A stretch of DNA of 64,000 nucleotides from the IMG/VR virus record IMGVR_UViG_3300046370_000202, one strand, 5' to 3'. This document shows positions 31,561 to 41,678 of the stretch, piece after piece (the stretch's first letter is position 1; every line of letters begins with the position of its first letter). The stretch comes from a virus. The position numbers and the translations under genes are program-made. The notes under the pieces were generated by a model. The model made no database searches. It was not told where the DNA came from and saw only the letters and a list, made by a program, of their open reading frames with translations.

Positions 31561-33401
31561 TACAAATCAACCTTTACTACACCCGTATCTACGTTGGAAT
31601 AAGTTGTCGATAAGTCCTCATCGATCGTCAGAATATAATTTCTCAAAGGCGATATTGTACTTTGATTCGCTGGAGTGCCACTTATCTTGATAACCCCATC
31701 GACGTAACTATTTTCATCTACAGTGAGTGCAGATAAAAACACCGTCCCCTTTGCGGGTTCGTAATATCCGATATTATCTACTCTAACCACATTATCCATA
31801 TCCAACAACTGCAGCTTAGTAGAACCAAGTTTGTTCTTGATGATAACGTTATGTCCGTTTGATTTAAAAACAGACGAAGTGATAACATGGTCATCTTTGT
31901 CTGGATTCGATAAGAAAACAGGGAATTTCACTTTAAAGTCCTGTTCTATTTTATCGACGATCTCCAACTGTTCGTTTTGTCTCTTCTCGTTCAGTTCGGT
32001 TAACATTTCTGCGACAGGAATTCTTTGTTGTACTCGTACATCCATGCGCGAGTTTAGAATCGCAGGTGATAGGTTATCAATCTCTGTTAGTAGATTTGAA
32101 CGACGGAAGATAGCGTTAAAAGTTGACATCTCCGATCGCACATAAGTATTAATTAATGCCTTAACATCTGTCTCTAAACTTTGTGATTTAGTTACCTTTA
32201 GGGCATCTAAATTGAATGTTGTGTTTATTTCTAGATAGGTTTTTTGTGGTTTTATAAATTCCAAATCAATCGACATGATTGATAAGTTAGAAGTCAGTTC
32301 TTGTCGTATTTTTGTTTGTTCATTTTCAATAACATTTTCATCTACATCATCAATAAAATTAAGACTAACGAAAACTTTACCATACTCTGGGGGAGTGTTA
32401 TCATTACCGCCCCAAGCAACAACATCACGAATGTAGGAAGAATACTTTGCTTGAATAAGAGCTTGATAGTCATCAGCAGTAACAAGACGATTTTGTGCAG
32501 TATATGCACGAGGAGCATTCATCTTAATAGAAGAAATGCTTTCTTTACCAGAACCTCCTGCAGAAAAACTTACGGTATCAACCTTAACCGTATATCCAAG
32601 TTCACCAAAGTCATTTAAAGTAAATGTCTTCGCACCATTTCCGGCCGCACCTTTAGTGGATACATACGAAACATCAATCATATTACCCTGAATAGGTCTT
32701 TTGCCTAAGATATTACCATCACTGAATAATATATCATAATATCCATTAGGCGTTTCATTCACCATATAGACTTTAGAATCATCATTAATAGTGACGACAG
32801 TCTGTAAATCTTGATATGCGGACGAAGTGGTTGAGGTTGAGTTATCGCGTACATTTACAGATAAAGTGGACGTATCTATTTTTTCGTCCATTATAACATA
32901 ACTCACATCTACTGAATTATTTGCCGCGAAAGTACGCGTGTTCATTTTTCCTTCAGCAATGTGTAAATCTTCAAATGTAAACTTGCCGTCTTTAATACTA
33001 GCTGTTCTAGATTCTAATGTATAGAAGGTATATCCAACATCATCAATAAATGTTAGGAATTCAGTTCCTCTCAATAAACTAAAAGTTGATGGTGAGTTTG
33101 GAATTGTTATCTCAACATTTATTGTTGCTCGGGCAGAGGTGCGTGACTTTACAGAATATCCTAATGCCTCGGCATGAGAAATAACAGACTGTCTTATTTG
33201 AGAAGTGGTTAAAAAAGATTCGTTGATTGCAAGGTTAGCTGTAATTGCATTAATGTGTGTATTATAAGCAAGTACATCTAAAATATTAGACAGTCCACTC
33301 GCATTAAAATCATAATCCTCAAACTCAGAATTTGATCTCAAATGAGTTTTTAGTTTAGACTTAATATCATTAAAATCTAGTTTAGATGTATTGATTGTCA
33401 T
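31560..33401 (-). CDS. gp6: Baseplate wedge protein gp6
   Basis: LDFNDIK..L, DYDFNASGLSNILDVLAYNTH, AQNRLVTADDY, WGGNDNTPPEYGKVF. Confidence 0.92.
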   Translation of the reverse strand: MTINTSKLDFNDIKSKLKTHLRSNSEFEDYDFNASGLSNILDVLAYNTHINAITANLAINESFLTTSQIRQSVISHAEALGYSVKSRTSARATINVEITIPNSPSTFSLLRGTEFLTFIDDVGYTFYTLESRTASIKDGKFTFEDLHIAEGKMNTRTFAANNSVDVSYVIMDEKIDTSTLSVNVRDNSTSTTSSAYQDLQTVVTINDDSKVYMVNETPNGYYDILFSDGNILGKRPIQGNMIDVSYVSTKGAAGNGAKTFTLNDFGELGYTVKVDTVSFSAGGSGKESISSIKMNAPRAYTAQNRLVTADDYQALIQAKYSSYIRDVVAWGGNDNTPPEYGKVFVSLNFIDDVDENVIENEQTKIRQELTSNLSIMSIDLEFIKPQKTYLEINTTFNLDALKVTKSQSLETDVKALINTYVRSEMSTFNAIFRRSNLLTEIDNLSPAILNSRMDVRVQQRIPVAEMLTELNEKRQNEQLEIVDKIEQDFKVKFPVFLSNPDKDDHVITSSVFKSNGHNVIIKNKLGSTKLQLLDMDNVVRVDNIGYYEPAKGTVFLSALTVDENSYVDGVIKISGTPANQSTISPLRNYILTIDEDLSTTYSNVDTGVVKVDL

Positions 33402-33844
33402 TATCTTGACCTTGAAATAGTTAAATTCATAGTGACGACTTTTGGAGTATTAACGACCGCAAATATCAACTGTATGCTTAAAGTGTAATTGTTCTCGTTA
33501 AATGTTGCATTGACTTCACGAACTTTTGCACGAGGTTCATAATTATTAATAGTTCTTCTTATAGTATCTTCAAGTTCTTCTTCTGAAAATTCGGTAGACA
33601 ATGAAAACAACAAACTTTCTAAACCACCGCCAAATTCTGGTCTAAATGGAACAGACCCGCGTTCAGTCAAAAGAAGATTTTTAACAGACTGACGTACTGC
33701 TGATGCACTTGTTTTTTTATAGATGTCTTTGGTTGTAGGCTTAACCACGAAAGTGCAATCAATATCCGAATACTCACGGTCAATAGATACCGTGATCGGT
33801 TTATTCTGCAGATTTCCATCTTGTACTGAAAATACGTTTGGCAT
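33401..33844 (-). CDS. gp25: Baseplate wedge protein gp25
   Basis: AVRQSVKNLLLTERGSVPFRPEFG...INNYEPRA. Confidence 0.9.
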   Translation of the reverse strand: MPNVFSVQDGNLQNKPITVSIDREYSDIDCTFVVKPTTKDIYKKTSASAVRQSVKNLLLTERGSVPFRPEFGGGLESLLFSLSTEFSEEELEDTIRRTINNYEPRAKVREVNATFNENNYTLSIQLIFAVVNTPKVVTMNLTISRSR

Positions 33845-33865
33845 TACATTAAACTCTTTTCTTTG

Positions 33866-33873
33866 TATTTATA
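33866..33873 (-). promoter_or_regulatory. T4-type late promoter TATAAATA
   Basis: Exact consensus upstream of gp25, overlapping the upstream stop codon. Confidence 0.7.
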
Positions 33874-35710
33874 CAGGAAGTTCTACATCAAATGAAGTTG
33901 GTATGCCAATCAACGGTAAAACATCACAAAGTGTCAAAGTGAGTAAGTCCATTAACTTTCCTAAACCAATTGCATCAAGGAACTTCTTAATCTTCTTCAA
34001 CCATATGTTGAACAGTTCCTTCTCCCAGTTCGCAGCAAAGTCACGTGCAGCCTTGATCAAGTTGTCAATGTCTTTCTCTGCTGTCTTTACTGTCTCTTCT
34101 ATTTCGCCACCTATAATATCAAGCAAAGACATGCCAAATAATGACACACCTTCAAGGTGATCAATGATCATACTGTATGCCTCTGCCTGCAAATCAAAGT
34201 TCTTTATTCTATCCTCGGCGTTTTTAAGTTCCTGTTCAAACTCCTTCTTTAAGTTGTCTACGTCAGCTTCTAGGTCGTCAATCTCTTGTTGAATCAGTTG
34301 GTCCATATTCTCTATGTCCGACTGCACCTGTTCTACTTCAGCGATAGCGTCCGTCTTAAACTGTTCTGCTTTCTGTTTAGCGATCTCAATTTGTGCCTTG
34401 ATAAATGACTCAACGTCAAAGTTCAATAAATCAATTAACGAAGGTAGACCTAACGCATCCCATATCTCTTTGAACTTGCCAATTAGTGCACCGAAGGCTC
34501 CGTGTAAAGCATTGGTGCAGAACTTGACAATTTCGGTCTTGATGTATTGCCATGTAAGTTTAGCTTTCCATTCGTTGCAGACAACACCAAACTCGCCATT
34601 GAACTGTTGGTACTCCGGCGGCAATAAGGAGAAGAACTGATCAATGATCGCATTCTTCTCTTCGTCTAGTTGATTCAACACAGAATCATATGCGTCTTGT
34701 TCCAGTTTACCACTTTCAAAGTCCGCTTTTAGTTGATCTATCTTTGCAGTGTATTCTCCGGTCATACCTGAGATTTGAGAGACAATGCGATTCTGTTCTT
34801 CTTCTTCAAGTATCTTTAATACGTTAATTGATATACCAAGGACAGGTACACTGAAGTTAATAGGAATGACTTTTGAGATCATCTCTAACATCTTGGCAGG
34901 AATAAAGATATGGAACTCTTGTATCAACTCATTCCATGCGTCGTCAGCTTCCTTCTGCCAGTTTCGGACCTGACCCTTCTTCCAATACGGTGATAGAATG
35001 TCGGCGATCAAATCCATGATCTCTTCTACCTGATCAATGATGCCTTGTAACTGTTCTGTTATCTGCGCAATCTCGCCTTCAATCTGAGATTCTATTTCTG
35101 CTTGTATGTCAAAGTTCCGTACGTCAGAGTCTAAGTCTTCTACCTTCGCTCGCGCCTCTGCTTCTAGTCGCGTCTTCTCGGCCTTTACCTCTGCCTTGAT
35201 GTCCGGCAATGAATCAATGTAGACCTGTAGTTTACTTGGTATCTGCGCAAGTTTATTGAACTCGTTAACGATATCGGCGCGGGTAGGTAGAGTGTTACCA
35301 TCACACGGTATTTGTATGCCACCGATCGCAGGCAATGCGAGAGCGGGTAATGCAATACCAGCCAAAGACAAACCACCCGAAGCGAGTTTGCTAAGGAAGT
35401 CTGCGTCCTCTTTCTTAAGAGCGGGAAGGGTAGAATTAGGAACAGGTCTGATATTGAGTGTAGGGAGTTCTACCTCTACTATCGGTTCAGGTTCCGGTTG
35501 TGGTTCCGGTTCAGGTTCTGGCTCCGGTTGTGGTTCTGGCGTCTGCGCGGACCATAAGAGTTGATCACCCAACCGAATTTCAATGATTGGTTCATCACCT
35601 AAAAACGCAACATAAGTTGACCATACCAGTTCATCACCCAGGCGGACTTCGACGATCGGTTGATCGCCAAGTAGAACGTTGTGATTGTCCGACCCGTTAA
35701 TGACTGGCAT
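33869..35710 (-). CDS. Hypothetical 613-aa helical protein between gp5 and gp25
   Basis: Duplicated LGD.PI.E.RLGD.L.WS N-terminal unit, PE linker, coiled-coil core. Confidence 0.75.
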   Translation of the reverse strand: MPVINGSDNHNVLLGDQPIVEVRLGDELVWSTYVAFLGDEPIIEIRLGDQLLWSAQTPEPQPEPEPEPEPQPEPEPIVEVELPTLNIRPVPNSTLPALKKEDADFLSKLASGGLSLAGIALPALALPAIGGIQIPCDGNTLPTRADIVNEFNKLAQIPSKLQVYIDSLPDIKAEVKAEKTRLEAEARAKVEDLDSDVRNFDIQAEIESQIEGEIAQITEQLQGIIDQVEEIMDLIADILSPYWKKGQVRNWQKEADDAWNELIQEFHIFIPAKMLEMISKVIPINFSVPVLGISINVLKILEEEEQNRIVSQISGMTGEYTAKIDQLKADFESGKLEQDAYDSVLNQLDEEKNAIIDQFFSLLPPEYQQFNGEFGVVCNEWKAKLTWQYIKTEIVKFCTNALHGAFGALIGKFKEIWDALGLPSLIDLLNFDVESFIKAQIEIAKQKAEQFKTDAIAEVEQVQSDIENMDQLIQQEIDDLEADVDNLKKEFEQELKNAEDRIKNFDLQAEAYSMIIDHLEGVSLFGMSLLDIIGGEIEETVKTAEKDIDNLIKAARDFAANWEKELFNIWLKKIKKFLDAIGLGKLMDLLTLTLCDVLPLIGIPTSFDVELPV

Positions 35711-35722
35711 AGGTGATGCCTA

Positions 35723-37024
35723 TTACCCTGTGATAAAGTACAGTGTATCTGGATCTGGTGTCAATGCAGAATATTGGCTTTGGGTACCCGTCCATAGTTT
35801 AACAGGATTCCCCGAACTGTTTTGATTGTCTAACACTCCACTTGATGCAGCCAGTTCTGAAAGTATGGTTGTCTCTTGAGCTGTCGCACGATTAACCTCT
35901 GACGTGATTTGTGTCTGTAGATCGCTAACAACAGTGTCGTGTCCATCTATGCGAGAAACCGACGCATCTAACTCTCCGTGAAGTTCATTAACAGCATCAA
36001 CATTGTTCTGTGCAGTGGTGTTAAAAGAACCTGTACCAACCTTGGATTGGTTTTGGGTTACGGCAGTCTCTAGGTCTGTAGTGCGAACTTCTACCGCAAC
36101 GATATCAGTCTCTGCAGTCGTCAACCGGCCGGAGTTGTTGGTGATGACCTGTTGTAGATCACTGTCAGCATTTTCAAATGCGGAAACTATTTCCTGAATC
36201 GTATCCAGAGTCTCTGGAGATGATCCAATGATTGTATCAACTCGACCTGTTACGACATCAACGTCAGTACGTAGACCGGACTCGATACCTTCTGCACGAT
36301 TCTTTTCAGTAACAACAGCAGCGGCGTTAACACCTTCTGCGGCAGTTGCACGAGAGATCTCTGCAGTCAACTGTGACTGTAAATCACTTACGTCGTTGTT
36401 CACTAAGTTCTGTAGAGCAAGGATGTCCGAATCCGCATCAAAAATATCAAATGCGTTTTGATCTATATCTGTACGTAGACCCGCCTCGATAGCCGTTGCA
36501 CGAGTGTTTTCTGCGACGATTGCGTCTGCGTTAATGCCTTCATTAGTGGTTGCACGAAAAATCTCTGCGTCTAACTGAGACTGTAGGTCACTTACATCTG
36601 TACCCACGGAGTTCTGTAGAGAGAGAATGTCAGAGTCGTTTGCGGTGACTTGTGATTGTACACTATCTACATCCGTACGTAACCCAGACTCTATCGCCGT
36701 GGCGCGAGCAATCTCTGCATCTATGTTACTCTGCAGAACAGTATCTGCAGCATCACGATCGGATGTTTCGGTCGCGAGAATGCCATCAGCATAAGTCTTG
36801 GCCGCCAACTCTGCAGCGTCTGCCTTAGTGGTTGCGTCTGCACTCGCATCTGCAAGCACCGCATCATCAGCTGTAGAGAACTCATTACGAATTGCAGCAT
36901 CTACGGTTTCAAAATTAGAGTTAATTTTGTCAAATGCCGGTAGCATGGGTTCAATCACGGTACCGTCAATCTGTACTACATTTAATCCATCATCGGAATC
37001 TAGTTGTTGTATATTGTCTGTCAT
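35723..37024 (-). CDS. Coiled-coil fibre paralogue of the 1541-aa protein
   Basis: GLRTDVD, SPETLDTIQEIVSAFENADSDL; C-terminal KLWTGTQSQYSALTPDPDTLYFITG fibre motif. Confidence 0.75.
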   Translation of the reverse strand: MTDNIQQLDSDDGLNVVQIDGTVIEPMLPAFDKINSNFETVDAAIRNEFSTADDAVLADASADATTKADAAELAAKTYADGILATETSDRDAADTVLQSNIDAEIARATAIESGLRTDVDSVQSQVTANDSDILSLQNSVGTDVSDLQSQLDAEIFRATTNEGINADAIVAENTRATAIEAGLRTDIDQNAFDIFDADSDILALQNLVNNDVSDLQSQLTAEISRATAAEGVNAAAVVTEKNRAEGIESGLRTDVDVVTGRVDTIIGSSPETLDTIQEIVSAFENADSDLQQVITNNSGRLTTAETDIVAVEVRTTDLETAVTQNQSKVGTGSFNTTAQNNVDAVNELHGELDASVSRIDGHDTVVSDLQTQITSEVNRATAQETTILSELAASSGVLDNQNSSGNPVKLWTGTQSQYSALTPDPDTLYFITG

Positions 37025-37031
37025 AATCTAC

Positions 37032-37721
37032 CTATGAATTAAGTTTAATTGTGTCGCCTCTAAGAGTTACACTGGGGGCGGATACGTCAATAGAAACTGC
37101 AGATGTGACCTTAACATCTTCTTTTACAGAGATCAGCGCATTACCAGTGACGTTGATCTTAACGTTACCAGTCACATTCACTTCGTCATGACCAGCGACT
37201 ACAGTGTACTTGTCGCCCAAAACAACGAGGCGTTCATCTTTTACTACTAAAGTTGTTCTATCACCTTCTTTAAATATTTCGTAGTTAGTGCCCGACCTAT
37301 GTTGTTCGCGGATACGTTCTTTACCTTCGGTGTCGTCATACTCTTTGAAGTGGCCACGTTCAGTCTCATACACTTTATTGAGGGGATAGTTCTCTTTCGC
37401 CTTCTCGTTTGTGTCACCTTCTTTTGGTACTGCACCAATCACCATCGGTAACTGAGAGTTCTGTCCATCCAAGAAGATACCGAAAACCTGAGTACCCACT
37501 AACATGCCTAGGTTCTGTCCTTTACCTTCGTGGATACCTGTAGTAACGGGCACAACTATCTGGGCCCAAGGTAGGTCTTCGTCTTTGATATTGTCATACA
37601 CGCCAAACGCACGTACCTGTGCGCGACCCAACTGCAAAGGATCGTCAGCTACGTTAATGACCTCTCCAATAAACCAGCGGGTCTGGTCACCATAATAATC
37701 TATAAAGGTCTGAGGTATCAT
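37032..37721 (-). CDS. gp5: Baseplate central spike gp5 (OB-fold + short beta-helix, no lysozyme domain)
   Basis: WFIGEV....DPLQLGRAQVR, LPWA, VFGIFLDG.NSQLP, YPLNKVYETERGH..EYDDT.G.ERI...HRSGT. Confidence 0.88.
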   Translation of the reverse strand: MIPQTFIDYYGDQTRWFIGEVINVADDPLQLGRAQVRAFGVYDNIKDEDLPWAQIVVPVTTGIHEGKGQNLGMLVGTQVFGIFLDGQNSQLPMVIGAVPKEGDTNEKAKENYPLNKVYETERGHFKEYDDTEGKERIREQHRSGTNYEIFKEGDRTTLVVKDERLVVLGDKYTVVAGHDEVNVTGNVKINVTGNALISVKEDVKVTSAVSIDVSAPSVTLRGDTIKLNS

Positions 37722-39157
37722 GTGATATCACCATTTGATAATTTAACACCAGAAAATGTTAGTGTATATTCACGTGGAGTGAATGAATGTTTACAGGCAA
37801 ATATAAGATAGTCGCCAGATTTCTTTTTATCAAACCGATCTGTAGGATCTCCGACCTTGGTATTACGTAAAACTTTTACTCTTAACTTATTTCCTATGGT
37901 TACATTATAATCACCGTATAAGAAATCTACCCCATGAACGATGAAGGCGACAGGGTCTGTCGTCAACAATCTAGAAAATGTACGTGAACGTTCATTCAAT
38001 CTATAGTCGCCAGTTTCTGTTTCTTCGGATATAGATTTCTTATCATCGAAAACCTTTGAACTGCCTACTCGTGTAATTTTTCTTGAGTTGATAGTTGAAG
38101 TTGACCAATCATATCGATACTTATCATATATTGGCAATCTTCCCTTTTCAACAATGCCGTCTTCTTCGAGTGTCTCGATTACGTCAGTCTCAATATCAAA
38201 AAGAAACCTATTAAATTTCTTCTTGTACTTTTGTTCTAAAGAAGTACCCTCTCCTAGAGCTTCTAAAGAAGTAACCTCTTCTAGAGCTTCTAAAGAAGTA
38301 ACCTCTTCTAGAGAAGTATCTTCTTCTTCTTTTATTTTTTTTATCGTATCAATATACTGATATTCCGATCCTAAAAGTCCCTTGTCAATTAAATTATACA
38401 TGTCATAACTATCTTTAGACTGCATAGCCATAATCACTCTACGTCTATCGCCCGCTGATGGAGACCCTATCTGAGATTCATAATACGTATATTCTCTTCC
38501 CTTTTTTGGGTTCATCACGGGAGCCGTCAAAAGACTCTGTAAATCAACGAAGTTTAAATTCTCATCTATTAAAGTAGAATAGAGATAGAAAGGATATCCC
38601 TTTACTGTAGTGGTTCTATTTTTAATCCAACACATTGCATCAATGGGCGTTAGGTTGGGGACGATGACTTTTATACTCTGTTGATCTTTGTCTATTGGTC
38701 TATTTACTTCCATATCAAAAAACTCAGAAGATATATCCTCAATAATAGAGGAAGGCTTACCGCTATAACACCTGTTCAAGTTGATCAAATTAGATAAAAA
38801 TCCGATGTCTTCTATTAGGTGTATAGCAAAAAATTCTTCGTTGTCAGAAACTTTGTTTGATGATGAAATTTTATCAATATAGAAAACCTTTTCGACAGGA
38901 ACAGCATTCTCCATATTTGACTGTAGTACAATTGTTATTTTCTCGCCGCCGCTTATATTCAAAACACCAACAACGTCCTGAATATCTACAAAACCAAGCA
39001 GAGCTGTAACATACGGTTTATCTAGATGTTCAAATACATCTAGGTCAGTGACAACACCAGATATGTCCACCTTTTCAGAATGTTGACTATGAATAAAAAC
39101 AGATTTTATTGACACCGAATCAACAGATTCGGGCGGTGACGGATTTACCTCGCTCAT
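37718..39157 (-). CDS. Baseplate hub gp27-like protein
   Basis: Position between gp53 and gp5; VFEHLDKPYVTA, PFYLY, DKKKSGDYLI..CKHSF motifs. Confidence 0.65.
   Translation of the reverse strand: MSEVNPSPPESVDSVSIKSVFIHSQHSEKVDISGVVTDLDVFEHLDKPYVTALLGFVDIQDVVGVLNISGGEKITIVLQSNMENAVPVEKVFYIDKISSSNKVSDNEEFFAIHLIEDIGFLSNLINLNRCYSGKPSSIIEDISSEFFDMEVNRPIDKDQQSIKVIVPNLTPIDAMCWIKNRTTTVKGYPFYLYSTLIDENLNFVDLQSLLTAPVMNPKKGREYTYYESQIGSPSAGDRRRVIMAMQSKDSYDMYNLIDKGLLGSEYQYIDTIKKIKEEEDTSLEEVTSLEALEEVTSLEALGEGTSLEQKYKKKFNRFLFDIETDVIETLEEDGIVEKGRLPIYDKYRYDWSTSTINSRKITRVGSSKVFDDKKSISEETETGDYRLNERSRTFSRLLTTDPVAFIVHGVDFLYGDYNVTIGNKLRVKVLRNTKVGDPTDRFDKKKSGDYLIFACKHSFTPREYTLTFSGVKLSNGDIT
38235..38320 (-). repeat. 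27-bp in-frame tandem repeat (EEVTSLEAL)
   Basis: tctaaagaagtaacctcttctagagct-type unit repeated ~3 times. Confidence 0.85.
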
Positions 39158-39891
39158 TGTGTACTAATAGCCTCTCTGAATAATTGAACAACCCTGTTCA
39201 TTGCAGTTGGTTTTATTACAACGATTTGTCGTAAGTCCTCATTTTTTTGATTATAAAAATCTAAATTGGTAACCTCAACATAAGTTAGTTGGTCTGGTAA
39301 GTCAGACTTGTTTCTGTACAACTCATCCTCATGTAAATAGTGGTGAGCTGATAGGTATTGAAGTTCTACCGATGTTAATTGAACGGAATCAACAAACCCT
39401 TGAACGTTGACAATGTCGGTTGACTTAAAAGAAGTTACACTAGTTGTTTCTATAACAAGTTGTTTTAAATCTAGGTCATATGATATGAGTTTTCCCGTAG
39501 CACCAGAGGGATTTCCGTCGGCCGACTGTGAAGCGACAACCGTCGATCCAACGACAAATGTTGAAGGTATAATATCCTCAGTAGACAATGTTATGTACGG
39601 GAAATCCTTTTTTGCTTTATTTACGATTTCAATATGATCAAGTGGCCATCCCTTTTCGCGAAGATGGTCGTTCATCATAAAAAATGTCCAGTGTAACAAC
39701 GGGTTGTCATATAATTCATATGAAACATTATCCGATCTATCGCCGTTACGAATGTAGTAGTTTTTATAAAAAGAACTGTTTGTTTTTATTTCATCTAATA
39801 TTTCAGCATATACCGAGATATTTTGTATGGCCGCTCTTTCTCCATTCGCGAATGTATATACAGATGAAGGAAACCTTTGAAAGTATGACAT
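39154..39891 (-). CDS. gp53: Baseplate wedge protein gp53
   Basis: MSYFQRFP, Y.IRNGDRSDNVSYELYDNPLLHWTFFMMN...WPL, NEDLRQI.VIKP. Confidence 0.85.
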   Translation of the reverse strand: MSYFQRFPSSVYTFANGERAAIQNISVYAEILDEIKTNSSFYKNYYIRNGDRSDNVSYELYDNPLLHWTFFMMNDHLREKGWPLDHIEIVNKAKKDFPYITLSTEDIIPSTFVVGSTVVASQSADGNPSGATGKLISYDLDLKQLVIETTSVTSFKSTDIVNVQGFVDSVQLTSVELQYLSAHHYLHEDELYRNKSDLPDQLTYVEVTNLDFYNQKNEDLRQIVVIKPTAMNRVVQLFREAISTQ

Positions 39892-41111
39892 TAATAATTA
39901 TTCCTTATATCCGTGCGAGATAATGTGACCTCTTCTACAAAGTTAAGTGTCAAATCAATTTCGACTGGTTGACCATCTGTATGAAAAGACATTGATGTTG
40001 GATTATAATTTGTGGATATTGATCGTAAAAAACAATCTTTTATTTTAGATCCAATTCTTTTATTTGAAGGTTCATGTTTCACTTCAATTCCAAACATGTC
40101 GGGATACTTGTATCCAGCACTTATCCCACCAGCTTGTATTACTTCTGGGTAGGAAAATTCTCTGAAATTACGAATAATCTTCTCAACGGTTTTAGATTCT
40201 TTTTGAGATCTGGCAATAAATTTAAAAGTAAAAGAAAATTCTCGCAAAGCAACCCCACGGAAGGCACTTCTAATATTAGGGTTGACAGTAACAGCTCCGG
40301 AGATCTGTGCAGCTGCACCCAACTCAGTCCCTAAGACCGGAACCTTACCTGCGAGTTGCGACACACCCAACCTAGCAGCATCTCCTGCAAGTTGTCCAGT
40401 AACTAAATCAACAAAAGTTGATGCTCCTTTCGAGAGAGCATCTATCACCTGACCACCGTTACTCATAACGGCCGCTGATGCTGCACCAATCTGTCCAAGT
40501 TCTGGCGTAGCAATATTAAATGAATCGTTCTGTTGAAACGAAATCGGCAGATACAATTTAATTTTAGGAACACCCTTTCTTGGTTCTATAAGTTTTTCTG
40601 TATAAACAGCGCCTGTGTCGGGCTCGCCGGCGCCGGTCGAATTGTCTGAACTATTGACTGTAGCCCTTGCGTTTTCTTCCGCTTCAGTTATAGCTTGTTC
40701 TTGTGACTTCCCATCATTTTCAGATGGGTCATAGTCTGCGCTATTAGCTGACTGAAGTTTCTTATTAGCCTCTCTATAGTCAATAGACGGTAAGTATTTT
40801 TCTATAACATCACTAAATTTGTCCACGAGACCAAACCCACTTAAACTAGCTCCCTTTACTTCCATCAAAGTAAAGGTTACACTAGCTCCATAGTAACGAG
40901 TTTCTTCTTCTAAAGGATACTTAAGATTTTCAGGTTCTTTAGGAGTTTCGTCATCCTTTTCTACTTCCTCTGTAGATTCTTCTTTTATTCTACTCGAGAG
41001 GGTAGACTCTTCTAATTCGCTGGTATCCGTAATCGTTAAAGGAGGCTCGGTAGTTTCTGTGGGCGATATTACTCTACCCGAACTAACTACAACATTTGGA
41101 TCATCTGCCAT
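39891..41111 (-). CDS. gp48: Baseplate tail-tube cap gp48 (start revised to ATG 41111)
   Basis: LYLP, VNPN..F.GV.LREFSFTFKF...S.KES..V..II..F, YPDMF, C.L.SISTNYNP...DGQPVEIDLTLNFVE; late promoter at 41146-41153. Confidence 0.85.
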   Translation of the reverse strand: MADDPNVVVSSGRVISPTETTEPPLTITDTSELEESTLSSRIKEESTEEVEKDDETPKEPENLKYPLEEETRYYGASVTFTLMEVKGASLSGFGLVDKFSDVIEKYLPSIDYREANKKLQSANSADYDPSENDGKSQEQAITEAEENARATVNSSDNSTGAGEPDTGAVYTEKLIEPRKGVPKIKLYLPISFQQNDSFNIATPELGQIGAASAAVMSNGGQVIDALSKGASTFVDLVTGQLAGDAARLGVSQLAGKVPVLGTELGAAAQISGAVTVNPNIRSAFRGVALREFSFTFKFIARSQKESKTVEKIIRNFREFSYPEVIQAGGISAGYKYPDMFGIEVKHEPSNKRIGSKIKDCFLRSISTNYNPTSMSFHTDGQPVEIDLTLNFVEEVTLSRTDIRNNY

Positions 41112-41128
41112 GATGTGTAACCTATGTC

Positions 41129-41153
41129 TATAAATATGATTTAAGTATTTATA
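41129..41153. promoter_or_regulatory. Pair of face-to-face late promoters (TATAAATA + strand 41129-41136; - strand 41146-41153)
   Basis: Two exact consensus sites in the 55-bp gap between divergent gp48 and gp4. Confidence 0.8.
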
Positions 41154-41165
41154 CACGATTTTCAA

Positions 41166-41675
41166 ATGAAGACCTACAAAGGAAGATACAAACCAAAGAA
41201 CGCATCCAAGTATGTGGGTGACGCGAACAATGTCGTGTATCGTTCTATGTGGGAACGACACGTCATGAAATGGTGTGATGATAGTTCTGACGTTGAACAG
41301 TGGATGTCCGAAGAGTTGGTCATCCCCTACATCTGCGAGACCGACAATAAGCCTCACCGATATTATATGGACTTCGTCATTCAGTACAAGTCTGGTCGTG
41401 TTGTACTAGTCGAGGTTAAACCCCACAAACAAACAATGCGTCCCGAACGTAAGCAAGGGAAATCCAGAAACACCTTACTAAACGAGGGGATGACTTACAT
41501 AAAGAACCAATCCAAGTGGAAGGCCGCAAAGCAATATGCAGACGACCGTGGGTACCACTTTGAGATTTGGACAGAGAACGAACTCACCGCTATGGGTATT
41601 ATGCCTAAGCCATTACGATCCAAGAAACCAATCAAGAAATTGCCTCCGTTCAGAAAAAAGAAAAAACGCGTATAA
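41166..41675 (+). CDS. gp4: Head completion nuclease gp4 (TnsA-like)
   Basis: YKGRYKPKN..KY.GD...VVYRS.WE, W.SEE..IPY, HRYY.DF, EVKP..QT, NQSKW.AA. Confidence 0.92.
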   Translation: MKTYKGRYKPKNASKYVGDANNVVYRSMWERHVMKWCDDSSDVEQWMSEELVIPYICETDNKPHRYYMDFVIQYKSGRVVLVEVKPHKQTMRPERKQGKSRNTLLNEGMTYIKNQSKWKAAKQYADDRGYHFEIWTENELTAMGIMPKPLRSKKPIKKLPPFRKKKKRV

Positions 41676-41678
41676 ATA
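41671..41678 (+). promoter_or_regulatory. T4-type late promoter TATAAATA
   Basis: Exact consensus upstream of gp2. Confidence 0.75.

Noticed and set aside
41112-41357. N-terminal extension of gp48 in the ORF track
   Set aside because: Overlaps gp4 on the opposite strand and extends upstream of the late promoter; ATG 41111 is the plausible start.
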